Source: Dehalococcoidia bacterium (lineage in GTDB: Bacteria > Chloroflexota > Dehalococcoidia > UBA6926). Taken from it: a stretch of 64,000 nucleotides of DNA. The stretch covers positions 32,001 to 96,000 of the forward strand of contig CAXXET010000001.1 in assembly GCA_963666115.2 (NCBI GenBank), in the 5' to 3' direction. The notes beneath the pieces are model-generated. The model was not told the origin of the DNA. It searched no databases and saw only the letters and a list, made by a program, of their open reading frames with translations. Shown piece after piece: positions 1-10,538 of the stretch (positions are counted from its first letter, which is position 1; each line of letters starts with the position of its first letter). Both the position numbers and the translations under genes were made by a program.

Positions 1-163
1 TGTAGTAATACGTCCGGAACAGCCGCACCGGCTCGTCTTCGGAAGAACGAACAATCCCCTGAATAGCCTCGCTCAATGCCCGATAGTCGACCCTGACATG
101 GAATTCTTCTTGCGCCACCTTGTCAAGGTAGCCTCCGTCGATGAGGATTGCGAGCGAAGCCAT
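1..163 (-). CDS. NYN (LabA/DUF88, PIN-like) domain protein, 5' part only; runs off the window edge
   Basis: Manual translation from ATG at 163: MASLAILIDGGYLDKVAQEEFHVRVDYRAL...LFRTYYY. The IDGxY and RxYYY motifs are typical of NYN N-termini; GAGAGG RBS upstream. Not in the ORF track. Confidence 0.75.
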   Translation of the reverse strand, partial: MASLAILIDGGYLDKVAQEEFHVRVDYRALSEAIQGIVRSSEDEPVRLFRTYYY

Positions 164-178
164 TGAGTACCCTCTCAG

Positions 179-216
179 AAAAAAAGACGGAGGGCCGGTC
201 AGACCGACTCTCCGCC
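179..216 (-). terminator. Intrinsic terminator directly upstream of the NYN gene RBS
   Basis: Minus strand GGCGGAGAGTCGGTC-T-GACCGGCCCTCCGTC hairpin followed by T7. Confidence 0.75.
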
Positions 217-280
217 TAAACTCAACTTGACGTCCTTTTCCACTCGTAGTGGTAGGACCCCAAGGGTCATACTGCCCTCA

Positions 281-309
281 ACTGTACAGCCATAACGACC
301 ACGCGTCAA
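281..309 (-). promoter_or_regulatory. Sigma70-type promoter reading toward the NYN leader
   Basis: Minus strand TTGACG-17 nt-TACAGT. Confidence 0.6.
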
Positions 310-352
310 CGGCGTGAGATCTGAAGTGCGCACGATCCTGTTCCCGCTGCGC

Positions 353-1331
<979 letters not shown>

Positions 1332-1343
1332 TTAGCGCGCGTC

Positions 1344-2439
1344 TCAGGAGCGCTTGCCGGCTTGCATCTTCTGGATGATGGCGTCTGCCATTTCCTGCGT
1401 GCCGACGGCGGTGGGGTCGTTGCGGTCCGTCTTGAAATCGTACGTGACGTCCTTGCCTTCGCGTATGACCTCGGCAACCGCGCCCTCGACGCGCTCGGCG
1501 GCTTCCTGCTCATTGAGGTAGCGGAGCATGAGCGCGCCGGTGAGGACCGTGGCCGTTGGATTTACGCGATTTTGGCCGGTGTAGCGGGGGGCGGAGCCGT
1601 GGACAGGCTCAAAGACCGCGCCGCTCTCGCCGATGTTGCCACCGGGGGCGAGGCCGAGGCCGCCGACCAGACCGGCGCAGAGGTCGGAAACGATGTCGCC
1701 GTAGAGATTGGGCAGTACGAGAACGTCATACTCCTCCGGGCGGGAGACCATTTGCATACTGAGGTTATCCACGATGCGGTCGTTGAACTCAATATCGGGA
1801 TAGTCCTTGGCGACGTTCTGGGCGACTTCAAGGAAAAGGCCGTCCGAGAACTTCATGATGTTGGCCTTGTGGACGGCGGTGACGAGCTTGCGGTTGTTGG
1901 CCTTGGCGTATTCAAAAGCGAACCTGACGATGCGCTCGCTGCCGGTGACGGAGATGGGCTTGATGGAGATGGCGGAATCGTCGCGGATGGGCTGGCCGGA
2001 GGCGTTGCGGAGGAACTCTATGACTTCCGACGTGCCCCTCGGCGTCCTTTTCAAATTCGACGCCGGCGTACAGGTCTTCCGTGTTTTCCCGGACGACAAC
2101 GATGTCCACGTTGGTGTAGCGGGATCGGACGCCTGGGTAGCTCTTGGACGGGCGCAGGTTGGCATAGAGGTCCAGGGCCTTGCGGAGGGCTACGTTTGCG
2201 CTGCGGAATCCCGTGCCGACGGGCGTCGTGAGGGGACCCTTGATGCCGACTCCATTCTTTCGAATAGACTCCAGGACTCGATCGGGGATCAATTCTCCCT
2301 CGCGTTCAAGGACGGCCTCGCCGGCCTCCTGGACATCCCAGTTGAATTCGATGCCCGTCGCTTCGATAACGCGGCGCATTGCGCCGGATACTTCGGGCCC
2401 AATTCCGTCGCCCGGAATGAATGTGACGTCATACGCCAT
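1344..2439 (-). CDS. icd: Isocitrate/isopropylmalate dehydrogenase family, likely NAD-dependent IDH; frameshift near 2035
   Basis: [34 protein letters not shown] and FEPVHGSAP across ORFs 1912..2439 and 1344..2165; adjacent to mdh. Confidence 0.85.
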
Positions 2440-2462
2440 CGTGCTATCTCCTCCTCTGCGAT

Positions 2463-4364
2463 CTACTCAGGCGGGCCAATGACGGCCAGGATGTCGCCGC
2501 GGGCGACGCGGTCGCCGGCGGCGCGGGGCAGTTCAAGGATGACGCCGTCCACCGGGGACGGGAGCATGTTCTGCATCTTCATCGCCTCAATCACGATGAC
2601 GGTGTCGCCGGCCTTGACGGCCTGGCCGACCTCCACCTCATGGCGAATGACGAGGCCGGGCATGGGGGATGTGAGAAGCGCGCCTCCCTCGGGGGCGTTC
2701 TGCGTGGACGGGGCAGGGGTGTCCGGGGCGGGGGGCGGAGGCTGCGGCGTCCGGAGGCCGCCGGGGCGGGGGGCCATTGGGCGCACGCGCGGGTTTGCCT
2801 GGCCGTCTGCGGGATCGACGATGACCTGGAACCGCTCCGCGCCGACATGGACATTAAAGGTGCGGGCGGCGGGGCTGAGGTCCTCGGGCGGCGCCGCCGT
2901 CGCGGGCGCGCCCTCGGCAGGCGGGCGGTAGTCGGGGCCGACCTCGGGCGGCGGCTCTTCGAGGCCGTACTTCCAGCGGAGGAAGCGGAGGCCGGTGACG
3001 GGGTAGAGGGCATAGATGAGGACATCGCCGTCGTCCTTCGCCACATCTTTGGTGGCCTCGCGGGCGGCGTCCATCTCAGGGTCAAGGATGTCGGCGGGGC
3101 GTCCCTTGGTGGGCCGGCTGCCGCGCTCATAGCCCTTGAGGGCGGTTCGCTGGACGGCCTTGTCCATGGGGAGGGGGGGCTGGCCGTAGAGGCCGTAGGC
3201 GTAGTCCTTGACCTGCTGGCTGACCAGTTCGTAGCGTCCAAAGAGGACGTTCTGGACGGCCTGGATTCCCACGATCTGGCTTGTCGGGGTGACGAGGGGC
3301 GGGTAGCCGAGGTCCTTGCGGGTCTGCGGCAGCTCTTCGAGCACCTCGGGCAGGCGGTCGAGGGCGTCGGCCTCGGCGAGCTGGGACATGAGGTTGGAGG
3401 TCATGCCGCCCGGCACCTGGTGCGTGAGGACGCTGGTGTCGATGATGCTGAACTTCTTGGTGTCCAGCAGGTGCATGTATTTCTCTTGAAGGATCTCTTC
3501 AAGCCGGTCGCTGGCCTGGATGAGGCGGTTGAGGTCGATTCCGGGGTCGCGCGGCGTGCCCTCAAGCGCGACGACGAGCGGCTCAGTGGCGGGGTGGGCG
3601 GTGCGGAGGGCAAGGGGGGAGAGATCGGTATCGACGATATCGACGCCGGCCTCGATGGCCTTGAGCTGCGTCATCTGTCCAAGGCCGGACGTGTAGTGCG
3701 TATGCAGGTGGATGGGGATATCGACAGCGTCCTTGAGGGCGCTTATCAGGTCGTAGGCGTCATAGGGAGCGAGCAGGGCGGCCATGTCCTTGACGCAGAG
3801 GGAATGGGCGCCCATCTTCTCGATCTCTTTGGCCTTGTCAACGAAGTAGTCGCGCGTGAAAACGGGCCCGCCCATGTGGCGGTCAGTGACGGAGTAGCAG
3901 ACGGTGCCCTGGATGTGCTTGCCACTGTCCGCGACGGCCTGGAATGCGGTTTCAAAGTTGCGCGTGTCATTGAGGGCGTCAAAGACGCGGAAGATATCGA
4001 CGCCGACCTCCGCAGACTGGCGGACGAACGCGTGGACGACATCATCCGGGTAGTTGCGGTAGCCGACGAGGTTCTGGCCGCGGAGGAGCATCATGAAGGG
4101 GGTCTTGGGGGCGGCGGACTTGAGGAGCCGCACGCGCTCCCAGGGGTCTTCATTAAGGAAGCGGGTCATGACGTCAAAGGTCGCGCCGCCCCACACCTCA
4201 AATGCGTGGAAGCCGACATCATCCAACATGCCGATGATTTCAAGGATGTCCGGCGTCCTCATGCGGGTGGCGAGGATGGACTGGTGGCCGTCACGGAGGG
4301 TGATGTCCGCGATGCGGACGGGCGTGGCGTCGGCGGCGAATGGGCTTGCGCCGTTTGTCGTCAT
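2463..4364 (-). CDS. Pyruvate/oxaloacetate carboxyltransferase (PycB/OadA/transcarboxylase 5S type) fused to a C-terminal biotin carrier domain
   Basis: [34 protein letters not shown], a Pro-rich linker and EAMKM. Start taken at MTTNG (4364), which overlaps the upstream stop as TGATG. Confidence 0.9.
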   Translation of the reverse strand: MTTNGASPFAADATPVRIADITLRDGHQSILATRMRTPDILEIIGMLDDVGFHAFEVWGGATFDVMTRFLNEDPWERVRLLKSAAPKTPFMMLLRGQNLVGYRNYPDDVVHAFVRQSAEVGVDIFRVFDALNDTRNFETAFQAVADSGKHIQGTVCYSVTDRHMGGPVFTRDYFVDKAKEIEKMGAHSLCVKDMAALLAPYDAYDLISALKDAVDIPIHLHTHYTSGLGQMTQLKAIEAGVDIVDTDLSPLALRTAHPATEPLVVALEGTPRDPGIDLNRLIQASDRLEEILQEKYMHLLDTKKFSIIDTSVLTHQVPGGMTSNLMSQLAEADALDRLPEVLEELPQTRKDLGYPPLVTPTSQIVGIQAVQNVLFGRYELVSQQVKDYAYGLYGQPPLPMDKAVQRTALKGYERGSRPTKGRPADILDPEMDAAREATKDVAKDDGDVLIYALYPVTGLRFLRWKYGLEEPPPEVGPDYRPPAEGAPATAAPPEDLSPAARTFNVHVGAERFQVIVDPADGQANPRVRPMAPRPGGLRTPQPPPPAPDTPAPSTQNAPEGGALLTSPMPGLVIRHEVEVGQAVKAGDTVIVIEAMKMQNMLPSPVDGVILELPRAAGDRVARGDILAVIGPPE

Positions 4365-4594
4365 CAGGTTGTTCTCCCAGGGAGCCGGGACGCGGCGCGC
4401 CGGCGGAAGGGGAGGGCGGGCAGGGTTCGCCCGGTGGCGTACCGCATGCTCATCGCCACGTGCCGGCCCCGCAAGCGCCACGAATCCGTGGACGAGGAGG
4501 CAAGGTCGTGCCTGGGCATTTCGTCCTGCTCGTAGGCTTCGATGGCCGCGATGATCGCGGCGCGCAGGCTTTCGCTTATGTCGTTCGTGGTCAT
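4364..4594 (-). CDS. Small acyl-CoA carboxylase epsilon-like accessory subunit (76 aa)
   Basis: AAIIAAIEAY...WRLRGR pattern; start and stop overlap both neighbouring genes. Confidence 0.6.
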   Translation of the reverse strand: MTTNDISESLRAAIIAAIEAYEQDEMPRHDLASSSTDSWRLRGRHVAMSMRYATGRTLPALPFRRRAASRLPGRTT

Positions 4595-6174
4595 AGGGGG
4601 ATGTTCCCGTGCTTGCGCGGGGGCATTGTATCGCGTTTGTTGCGCAGCATATCAAGAGCGCGGATGATGAGCTTGCGCGTGTCGGCGGGATCGATCACGT
4701 CCTCGATGTAGCCGCGCGCGGCGGCGATATAGGGGTTCAGGAACTGGTCGTTGTACTCCTCGATGGCGCGCTGCCGCTCCTCATCGGGGTTCTCCGCGCT
4801 GCGGATGCGGTCACGGAAGATGATGTCCGCCGCGCCCTCGGAGCCCATGACGGCCATCTCGGCGCCGGGCCAGGCGTAGCCGATGTCGCCGCGCAGCATC
4901 TGGGAGGACATGACGAGGAACGCGCCGCCGTAGGACTTGCGGGTGACGACGCTGACCTTGGGGACGGTGGCCTCGGCGTAGGCGTAGAGGAGTTTCGCGC
5001 CGTGCATGATGATGCCGTTGTGCTCCTGCTCGACGCCGGGGAGGTAGCCGGGGACATCCGTGAGGGTGACGATGGGGATGTTGAAGGCATCGCAGAATCG
5101 GACGAACCGGGCGGCCTTGATGGCGGCGTTGATGTCCAGGGTGCCGGCGAGAACCATCGGCTGCTGGGAGACAATGCCGACCGACCGACCGTTGAAGCGG
5201 GCAAAGCCGACGACGATGTTTGCGGCCCACCGGGAATGGACTTCGAGGAACTCGCCGTTATCGACGATGGCCTGGATGACATCGCGGACGTCATAGGGCT
5301 CGTTGGGGTTGACGGGCACAAGATCGCGGAGCTCGGGGCAGAGTCGATCCGGAGGGTCGTCGACGCCGAACTCGGGGGGATCGTCCTCGTTGTTGGAGGG
5401 CAGGTAGCTGAGGAGCTGGCGGGCGAGATCGAGGCACTCGTCCTCACCGGGGGCGGCAAAGTGGGCGACGCCGCTCTGCGTCGTGTGGGGCGTCGCGCCG
5501 CCAAGCTGCTCGTGGGTGACGACCTCGCCTGTGACGGCGCGGATGACGTCCGGCCCGGTGATGTACATCTGGCCGACGCCCTCCTCCATGATGATGAAGT
5601 CGGTGATGGCGGGGCTGTAGACGGCGCCGCCGGCGGAGGGGCCCATGATGAGGCTGATCTGGGGGATGACGCCGGATGCGAGGACGTTTCGGACGAAGAC
5701 GTTGCCGTAGCCGGCGAGGCTGTCCACGCCCTCCTGGATGCGCGCGCCGCCGGAGTCCATGATGCCGACGATGGGCGCGCCGGTCTTGGCGGCCATGTCC
5801 TGCACCTTGTTGATCTTGCGGGCGGCGGTGAGGGAGAGGGTGCCGCCGAGGACGGTGAAGTCAAAGGCGTAGATGAAGACGGTCCGGCCGTCCACCGTAC
5901 CGTAGCCCGTGACGACGGAGTCGCCGGGGACGCGGCGGTCAGCGAGGCCGAATTCAAGGACGTTGTGCGCGGTGAGGGCGTCAAGCTCAACAAAGGAATC
6001 CGGGTCAAAGAGTCGTTCGACGCGCTCATGCGCGGTGAGCTTGCCGCGGGCGTGCTGGCGCTCAACGGCTGCGGCGCCGCCACCGGCGCGGGAGGCCTCG
6101 TGGCGTTCGGCAAGCTCCTGGAGCTTATCCTGCATGGTCATGGGCTGTGCGATTCCACCCCCAGATTTGCTCAT
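4591..6174 (-). CDS. Acyl-CoA carboxyltransferase beta subunit (PccB / methylmalonyl-CoA carboxyltransferase 12S-like)
   Basis: DSGGARIQEG, GGAVYSPA, DVPGYLPG, RKSYGGA and C-terminal KHGNIPL. Confidence 0.93.
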   Translation of the reverse strand: MSKSGGGIAQPMTMQDKLQELAERHEASRAGGGAAAVERQHARGKLTAHERVERLFDPDSFVELDALTAHNVLEFGLADRRVPGDSVVTGYGTVDGRTVFIYAFDFTVLGGTLSLTAARKINKVQDMAAKTGAPIVGIMDSGGARIQEGVDSLAGYGNVFVRNVLASGVIPQISLIMGPSAGGAVYSPAITDFIIMEEGVGQMYITGPDVIRAVTGEVVTHEQLGGATPHTTQSGVAHFAAPGEDECLDLARQLLSYLPSNNEDDPPEFGVDDPPDRLCPELRDLVPVNPNEPYDVRDVIQAIVDNGEFLEVHSRWAANIVVGFARFNGRSVGIVSQQPMVLAGTLDINAAIKAARFVRFCDAFNIPIVTLTDVPGYLPGVEQEHNGIIMHGAKLLYAYAEATVPKVSVVTRKSYGGAFLVMSSQMLRGDIGYAWPGAEMAVMGSEGAADIIFRDRIRSAENPDEERQRAIEEYNDQFLNPYIAAARGYIEDVIDPADTRKLIIRALDMLRNKRDTMPPRKHGNIPL

Positions 6175-6229
6175 TCAAGCGTGGGATTATGCTAGCAGAG
6201 CGCGGGGCGCGCGTATAGTGCGGGGGGCG

Positions 6230-6257
6230 CCCTTCGACGGGGCTCAGGGTGAACGGG
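6230..6257 (+). repeat. 28-bp REP-like repeat CCCTTCGACGGGGCTCAGGGTGAACGGG, copy 1
   Basis: Identical to 8312..8339; a variant lies at 47115..47149. Confidence 0.9.
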
Positions 6258-6260
6258 AGG

Positions 6261-7091
6261 CTAGCCGGAGAGGGCCGCTAGTAGGTCCTGGGTAAGTGCA
6301 ACACTCGATTCAACGATGAATTCGGGATTCTCTTCAAGAGTACCGACGGCTCTGACCAAAAGCGCCGTACCTGTGCCTGATCGGGATCCGAAGAGATTTT
6401 GGAACGCCGACAGCGCCCCGGAGGTCACACTGCTCGAAATTGTATGCGCGCGCAAGCGACGGAATTCTGAGGCCAGTTCTGCTGTATCGATTGCGCGTAG
6501 GAGCCGATAGATATCGAAAGCATCTTTCTGGAGTGGCAGTCGACGACGATCATCGGGATCGTCTAAACGCTCATCTATCTTGTGCACTTTCGATACCAGC
6601 AGCGCCCCGGGGCCAGCCACCTTGAGGATGGTCGAGCGGCTGGAGGCGGGAACAAGAGACGTTATTTGCCTCTTTGTGTGGCTTACAAGGGCGCCTTCCA
6701 GTCCGTGAACTTTCATGGCCGCCCTGTTGCCGTGTGGACCAAGTCGGGCGGCTCTGCGGCCAGGTCCACCTGCGGCTTCCGGCACGAGCAAATCAACCTT
6801 CGCCGAATCATTTCTCGTGTAGAGTCCCGGTTGGTCTCCAAGCTCGAACCCTGCCCGGCCCATTGCTTCGACTATCGTAGGTTTGTCCTGCAGCAGGCCT
6901 GGGTCCAGAACGAGGTCCGCATCGTAGGTAAAGGGAGAAATGGCAAAGTCAGCATCAGCTTTTTCTGTGTGGACGTATATGGCCTGGGCGCCCACCAGGA
7001 TGACAGCATCGCGGTGAGGTTCCACTGCCTGGACGGCGTCCAGCAGGGTTTCCCGCGCTGCTATGTAGTCTTGTTCAGGGAGAGTTTCCAT
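6261..7091 (-). CDS. Nucleotidyltransferase-fold putative toxin (AbiEii/MenT-like)
   Basis: VGAQAIY...TYDADL NTase motif, VDLL, LLVSK and KDAFD; overlaps the end of the upstream gene. Confidence 0.65.
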   Translation of the reverse strand: METLPEQDYIAARETLLDAVQAVEPHRDAVILVGAQAIYVHTEKADADFAISPFTYDADLVLDPGLLQDKPTIVEAMGRAGFELGDQPGLYTRNDSAKVDLLVPEAAGGPGRRAARLGPHGNRAAMKVHGLEGALVSHTKRQITSLVPASSRSTILKVAGPGALLVSKVHKIDERLDDPDDRRRLPLQKDAFDIYRLLRAIDTAELASEFRRLRAHTISSSVTSGALSAFQNLFGSRSGTGTALLVRAVGTLEENPEFIVESSVALTQDLLAALSG

Positions 7092-8191
7092 GTGTCCTCA
7101 TTGTCCCGCATCCATTCCACCAAGGCATCCGCTTCCTGCGGAGCCCGCCCAGGGCCCGTCATCTGATCCAGCAAGACCTGGGTTACGCGGGCATACGTGA
7201 TGCCGCCGTCGTTTTCGACGCGCTCCAGCGCCACCGGGTCGAACGGGACTACGAGGAGGACGTTTCCTCCGGCGCCCGCCGGGCGCAAGCCCAAGGATTC
7301 GACAGCGGTCTCAGGGTCATCGACGTAGAGAGCTGCAAGGCGTGGCTCCGCAATTGGCGCGATGCGGGATGCAGCGAAGGAACCGGTCACGGCATAACGG
7401 AGTTTACTGTCGCGAAGACGGTTGAGCAGCGCTTCCGTCCCTCTTGGCTCAAGCCACGTCGTCACGGTGTTGGACGAGGTGAAGTCATAATCTGCGGCCC
7501 ATCGACGAGCCAGGGACTGCCAATCCACGGAGACGAACCGTCCTCTTGGGCCATCCTTCGTGACGATCTCATCCGGCTCCAGCAGGCTTGAGACCCTCGA
7601 AATCATGGCCGCAGAGGTCTCTGTTTCTGCGGCGAGCTCCCGGGTGCCAAAGGGAGTGCGGTAGTCCAGAAGACCCCGTACGACGCGCGCGGCGCGGCCT
7701 CCTTTGAGCGATCGGAGTGGCCGCTCCTCTCTATCCGGGTTCCTGTCGGCCCCTTGCGCCTCGATGTAAACCGCGGGGCGATCAGTCGTGAATCTGATGT
7801 TTCCGGTTGAGTCGGCGTAGCCTATCCCCACTTCCGCCAGGCGCTCCCTCGTGGCCGGGCTCAAGTAGGCGGATACGATCAGGATGGCGGGCGTCCTGCC
7901 GTCTTGGTCGCGCAACGCATTTGATGTCTCCTTCAACATGGCCGCCAGTTCTCTGACCATCCTCGGCTCGACGAGGTTCCGCTTGACCTCTACGATGATT
8001 TCGGACGAGATGCCATCAGGGTCACGGACTTGCCAGATTGCGTCGACCCGGCGGCGGGATTCCTGATTAAGTGGGACGCTACCTTCCTCATCCCGGTGGA
8101 GGAGCGCCCACTGCGACGGAAGACGCGAAGCGATTTGTTTGGCCGCCATCTCCAGAGGTTTTGTTTCTAATATGGGACTGTTTCGCATCAT
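7061..8191 (-). CDS. AbiEi/MenA-like putative antitoxin with N-terminal PD-(D/E)xK-like domain and central HTH
   Basis: VDA...IIVEVKR, GIGYADSTGN, TRELAAET...ISRV (HTH), YAVTGSFAA, and C-terminal QVLLD...GR..EA. Start set at ATG 8191 from the promoter position. Confidence 0.65.
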   Translation of the reverse strand: MMRNSPILETKPLEMAAKQIASRLPSQWALLHRDEEGSVPLNQESRRRVDAIWQVRDPDGISSEIIVEVKRNLVEPRMVRELAAMLKETSNALRDQDGRTPAILIVSAYLSPATRERLAEVGIGYADSTGNIRFTTDRPAVYIEAQGADRNPDREERPLRSLKGGRAARVVRGLLDYRTPFGTRELAAETETSAAMISRVSSLLEPDEIVTKDGPRGRFVSVDWQSLARRWAADYDFTSSNTVTTWLEPRGTEALLNRLRDSKLRYAVTGSFAASRIAPIAEPRLAALYVDDPETAVESLGLRPAGAGGNVLLVVPFDPVALERVENDGGITYARVTQVLLDQMTGPGRAPQEADALVEWMRDNEDTWKLSLNKTT

Positions 8192-8227
8192 GTGAAACAT
8201 GCTAATCGTTGCAACAATACCTGTCAA
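8179..8227 (-). promoter_or_regulatory. Promoter and candidate operator of the TA operon; probably a leaderless transcript
   Basis: TTGACA (8227-8222)-17 nt-TAGCAT (8204-8199), then 7 nt to the ATG. Inverted repeat TGTTTC-N9-GAAACA spans the start codon. Confidence 0.6.
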
Positions 8228-8290
8228 GGTCGGGGCTGTATGACCGGTAAGGGCAGACTTCGACTACCCCGGTTCCACGTGGGCGGGGGT

Positions 8291-9275
8291 ATGATTTGGG
8301 GAGGGGGGGCACCCTTCGACGGGGCTCAGGGTGAACGGGGGTGGCGGGTGTTTGAGTGGGGGCGGCGGACGTTTGTGATGGGGATTGTGAATGTTTCGCC
8401 GGAGTCGTTTTCGGGGGACGGGGTGGCTGACGTGGATGCGGCCGTCTCGTTGGCGCTTCGCTTTGTAGAGGAGGGGGCGGATATTTTGGACGTTGGGGGG
8501 CAGTCTACGCGGCCGCGGTATTCGGCGGCGGTGGAGGCGGGCCGCCCTGATGGGCGGCGTGGGCCCCCGCCTACGCGGGGGATTCGGAATGATGCGGGGG
8601 GGAGGGGGGGGCGATGGATTCCGGCCTTCGCCGGAATGACGGGAAGGGAATCGGGTACGAGGAGTTGTCTGTTGAGGAGGAGATTGGGCGGGTTGTGCCT
8701 GTGATTCGTGCTATTAGGGGGCGGGTGGAGACGCCGATTAGCGTGGATACTTATAAGGGGGGGGGGTGGCGGAGGCGGGGATTGAGGCGGGGGCTTCGAT
8801 TGTGAATGATGTTTGGGGGTTGAAGCGGGATGCTTCGCTGGCGGGGGTTGTGGCGCGGCATGGGGCGTCGCTGGTCTTGATGCACAATCAGTTGGAGCCC
8901 GGGTATACGCGGTTGGTTCCGGATATTGTGGCTAGTTTGCGGTGGAGTGTTGCGGCGGCTTTGGCGGCGGGGGTTTCGCGGGACCGGATCATTGTCGATC
9001 CGGGGTTTGGGTTTGGGAAGACGGTGTCGCACAACCTTGAGGTCCTGCGGCGGCTTGGGGAGATCAAGTCGGCTTTGGGGCTGCCTTTGCTCTTGGGGAC
9101 TAGCCGGAAATCGACCATCGGGCATGTGTTGGGGCTGCCGGTGAGTGAGCGTTTGGAGGGGACTGGGGCTACGGTGGCGCTGGGGATCGGGCAGGGGGCA
9201 GATATTGTGCGGGTGCATGACGTTAAGGAGATGGGGAGGGTGGTTAGGATGGCGGATGCGGTGGTGCGGGGGTAG
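8291..9275 (+). CDS. folP: Dihydropteroate synthase with repeat insertions; two apparent frameshifts in G runs (about 8600 and about 8760)
   Basis: MGIVNVSPESFSG, DVGGQSTRP, ISVDTYK, IVNDVWG, DPGFGFGK, GTSRKS and VRVHDV across ORFs 8192..8704, 8614..8805 and 8766..9275. Confidence 0.88.
8312..8339 (+). repeat. 28-bp REP-like repeat, copy 2, at or in the 5' end of folP
   Basis: Identical to 6230..6257; reads PFDGAQGER in the folP frame. Confidence 0.9.
8615..8641 (+). repeat. Palindromic repeat TGGATTCCGGCCTTCGCCGGAATGACG inside folP
   Basis: ATTCCGGC-loop-GCCGGAAT hairpin with a GAATGAC tail shared with the repeats at 9275, 61928 and 63658. Confidence 0.75.
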
Positions 9276-9302
9276 ATTCTTCGCTGCGCTCAGAATGACA
9301 TG
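9275..9302 (+). repeat. GATTCTTCGCTGCGCTCAGAATGACATG repeat at the folP stop
   Basis: 28 bp identical to 61928..61955. Confidence 0.9.
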
Positions 9303-9338
9303 AGGGCTGGGTGACATGGGGGCTGGGTGACATGGGGG
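9299..9338 (+). repeat. 16-bp tandem repeat (CATGRGGGCTGGGTGA), about 2.5 copies
   Basis: catgagggctgggtga-catgggggctgggtga-catggggg. Confidence 0.75.
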
Positions 9339-9376
9339 TTCAGGTGGAGAGGGATTCTTGCGGAGGAATTGGCGGG

Positions 9377-10538
9377 ATGGCGGTTGCTTATTTGGGGTTG
9401 GGGGGGAACCTGGGGGATCGGGAGGGGACGATTCGCTGGGCGATAGGGGAGTTGGGGGCGGCGTCCGAGTTGGGGGGGCGGGGGGGAGGTTGCGGCGGTT
9501 TCGTCTTTGTATGAGACGGAGCCTGTTGGGTATTTGGAGCAGCCGCTTTTCCTCAATGGGTGCGTGGTTTTGCGGACGGGGTTGGCGCCTGAGGCGTTGT
9601 TGGAGTTCGTCAAGGGACTGGAGTCGCGGGCGGGGCGCGTTGAGAGTTTTCGGAATGCGCCACGGCCGCTGGATATCGATATTCTCTTCTACGTGGACGA
9701 TGGCGGGGAGCACGTGGTGATGGAGTCGGAGCGGCTGACGATTCCGCATCCGCGGATGCATGAGCGGGGATTCGTGCTGGTTCCGCTGGCTGAGATTGCG
9801 GGTGATGCGCGGCATCCTGTGTTGGGGCGGACGGTGGGGGAGCTGCGGGCGTCGCTCCGGCTGCGGGAGGTCTATGAGCGGCTCTTGGGGGCGTATGGGC
9901 AACAGGGGTGGTGGCCCGGCGATACTCCGTTCGAGGTGATGGTTGGGGCGGTCCTGACGCAGAATACGGCGTGGACGAACGTGGAGAAGGCGATTGCCGC
10001 GCTGCGGGAGGCGGACGCGCTGAACCCGCCGGCGCTGCGGACGCGGCCTTTGGATGAGCTTGCCGCGCTGATCCGGCCGTCGGGCTATTTCAATGCCAAG
10101 GCGCGCAAGCTGCGGGCTCTGGGCGAGTACCTGGGCGAGCATGGGGACGACGTCGAGGCGCTGTTTTCATCGCGGCCAATGGATGAGCTGCGGGAGGAGC
10201 TGCGGGGGCTGCACGGCGTTGGGCCGGAGACGGCGGACTCCATGCTGCTGTATGCGGGGAATCTGCCGTCGTTCGTGATCGATGCGTACACAATCCGCAT
10301 ATTGACCCGCTTGGGCATCCTCAACGTGGACAGCAAGCCGTCATACGCGGACGCGCAGGCTATGTTCCATGAGGCTTTGCCGCGCGACGCCGCGCTTTTC
10401 AACGAGTATCATGCGCTGTTCGTGGCGCATGGGAAGGACGTGTGCAGGGCGCGGAGGCCGTTGTGCGGGGAGTGTGTGCTGGCGGCGGAGTGCGAGTTTG
10501 GGCTCTCGCCGCCGCAGCAGGCAGCGGGAGAGTTCTAA
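9377..10538 (+). CDS. folK: HPPK (FolK) fused to an HhH-GPD endonuclease III-like glycosylase; frameshift in the G run near 9480
   Basis: AYLGLGGNLGDR, YETEPVG, PRPLDIDIL and PHPRMHERGFVL run in frame into WWPGDTPFEV, LTQNTAW, GVGPETAD and a C-x6-C-x2-C-x5-C Fe-S motif. Confidence 0.82.

Noticed and set aside
2640-6195. Long plus-strand ORFs (631 aa, 528 aa) and similar antisense ORFs such as 57449..59617 and 26829..28478
   Set aside because: Shadow ORFs of GC-rich genes on the opposite strand, with no recognisable motifs.
8751-10142. 463-aa Pro/Arg-rich minus-strand ORF
   Set aside because: Antisense to folP and folK; a product of the local G/T skew.
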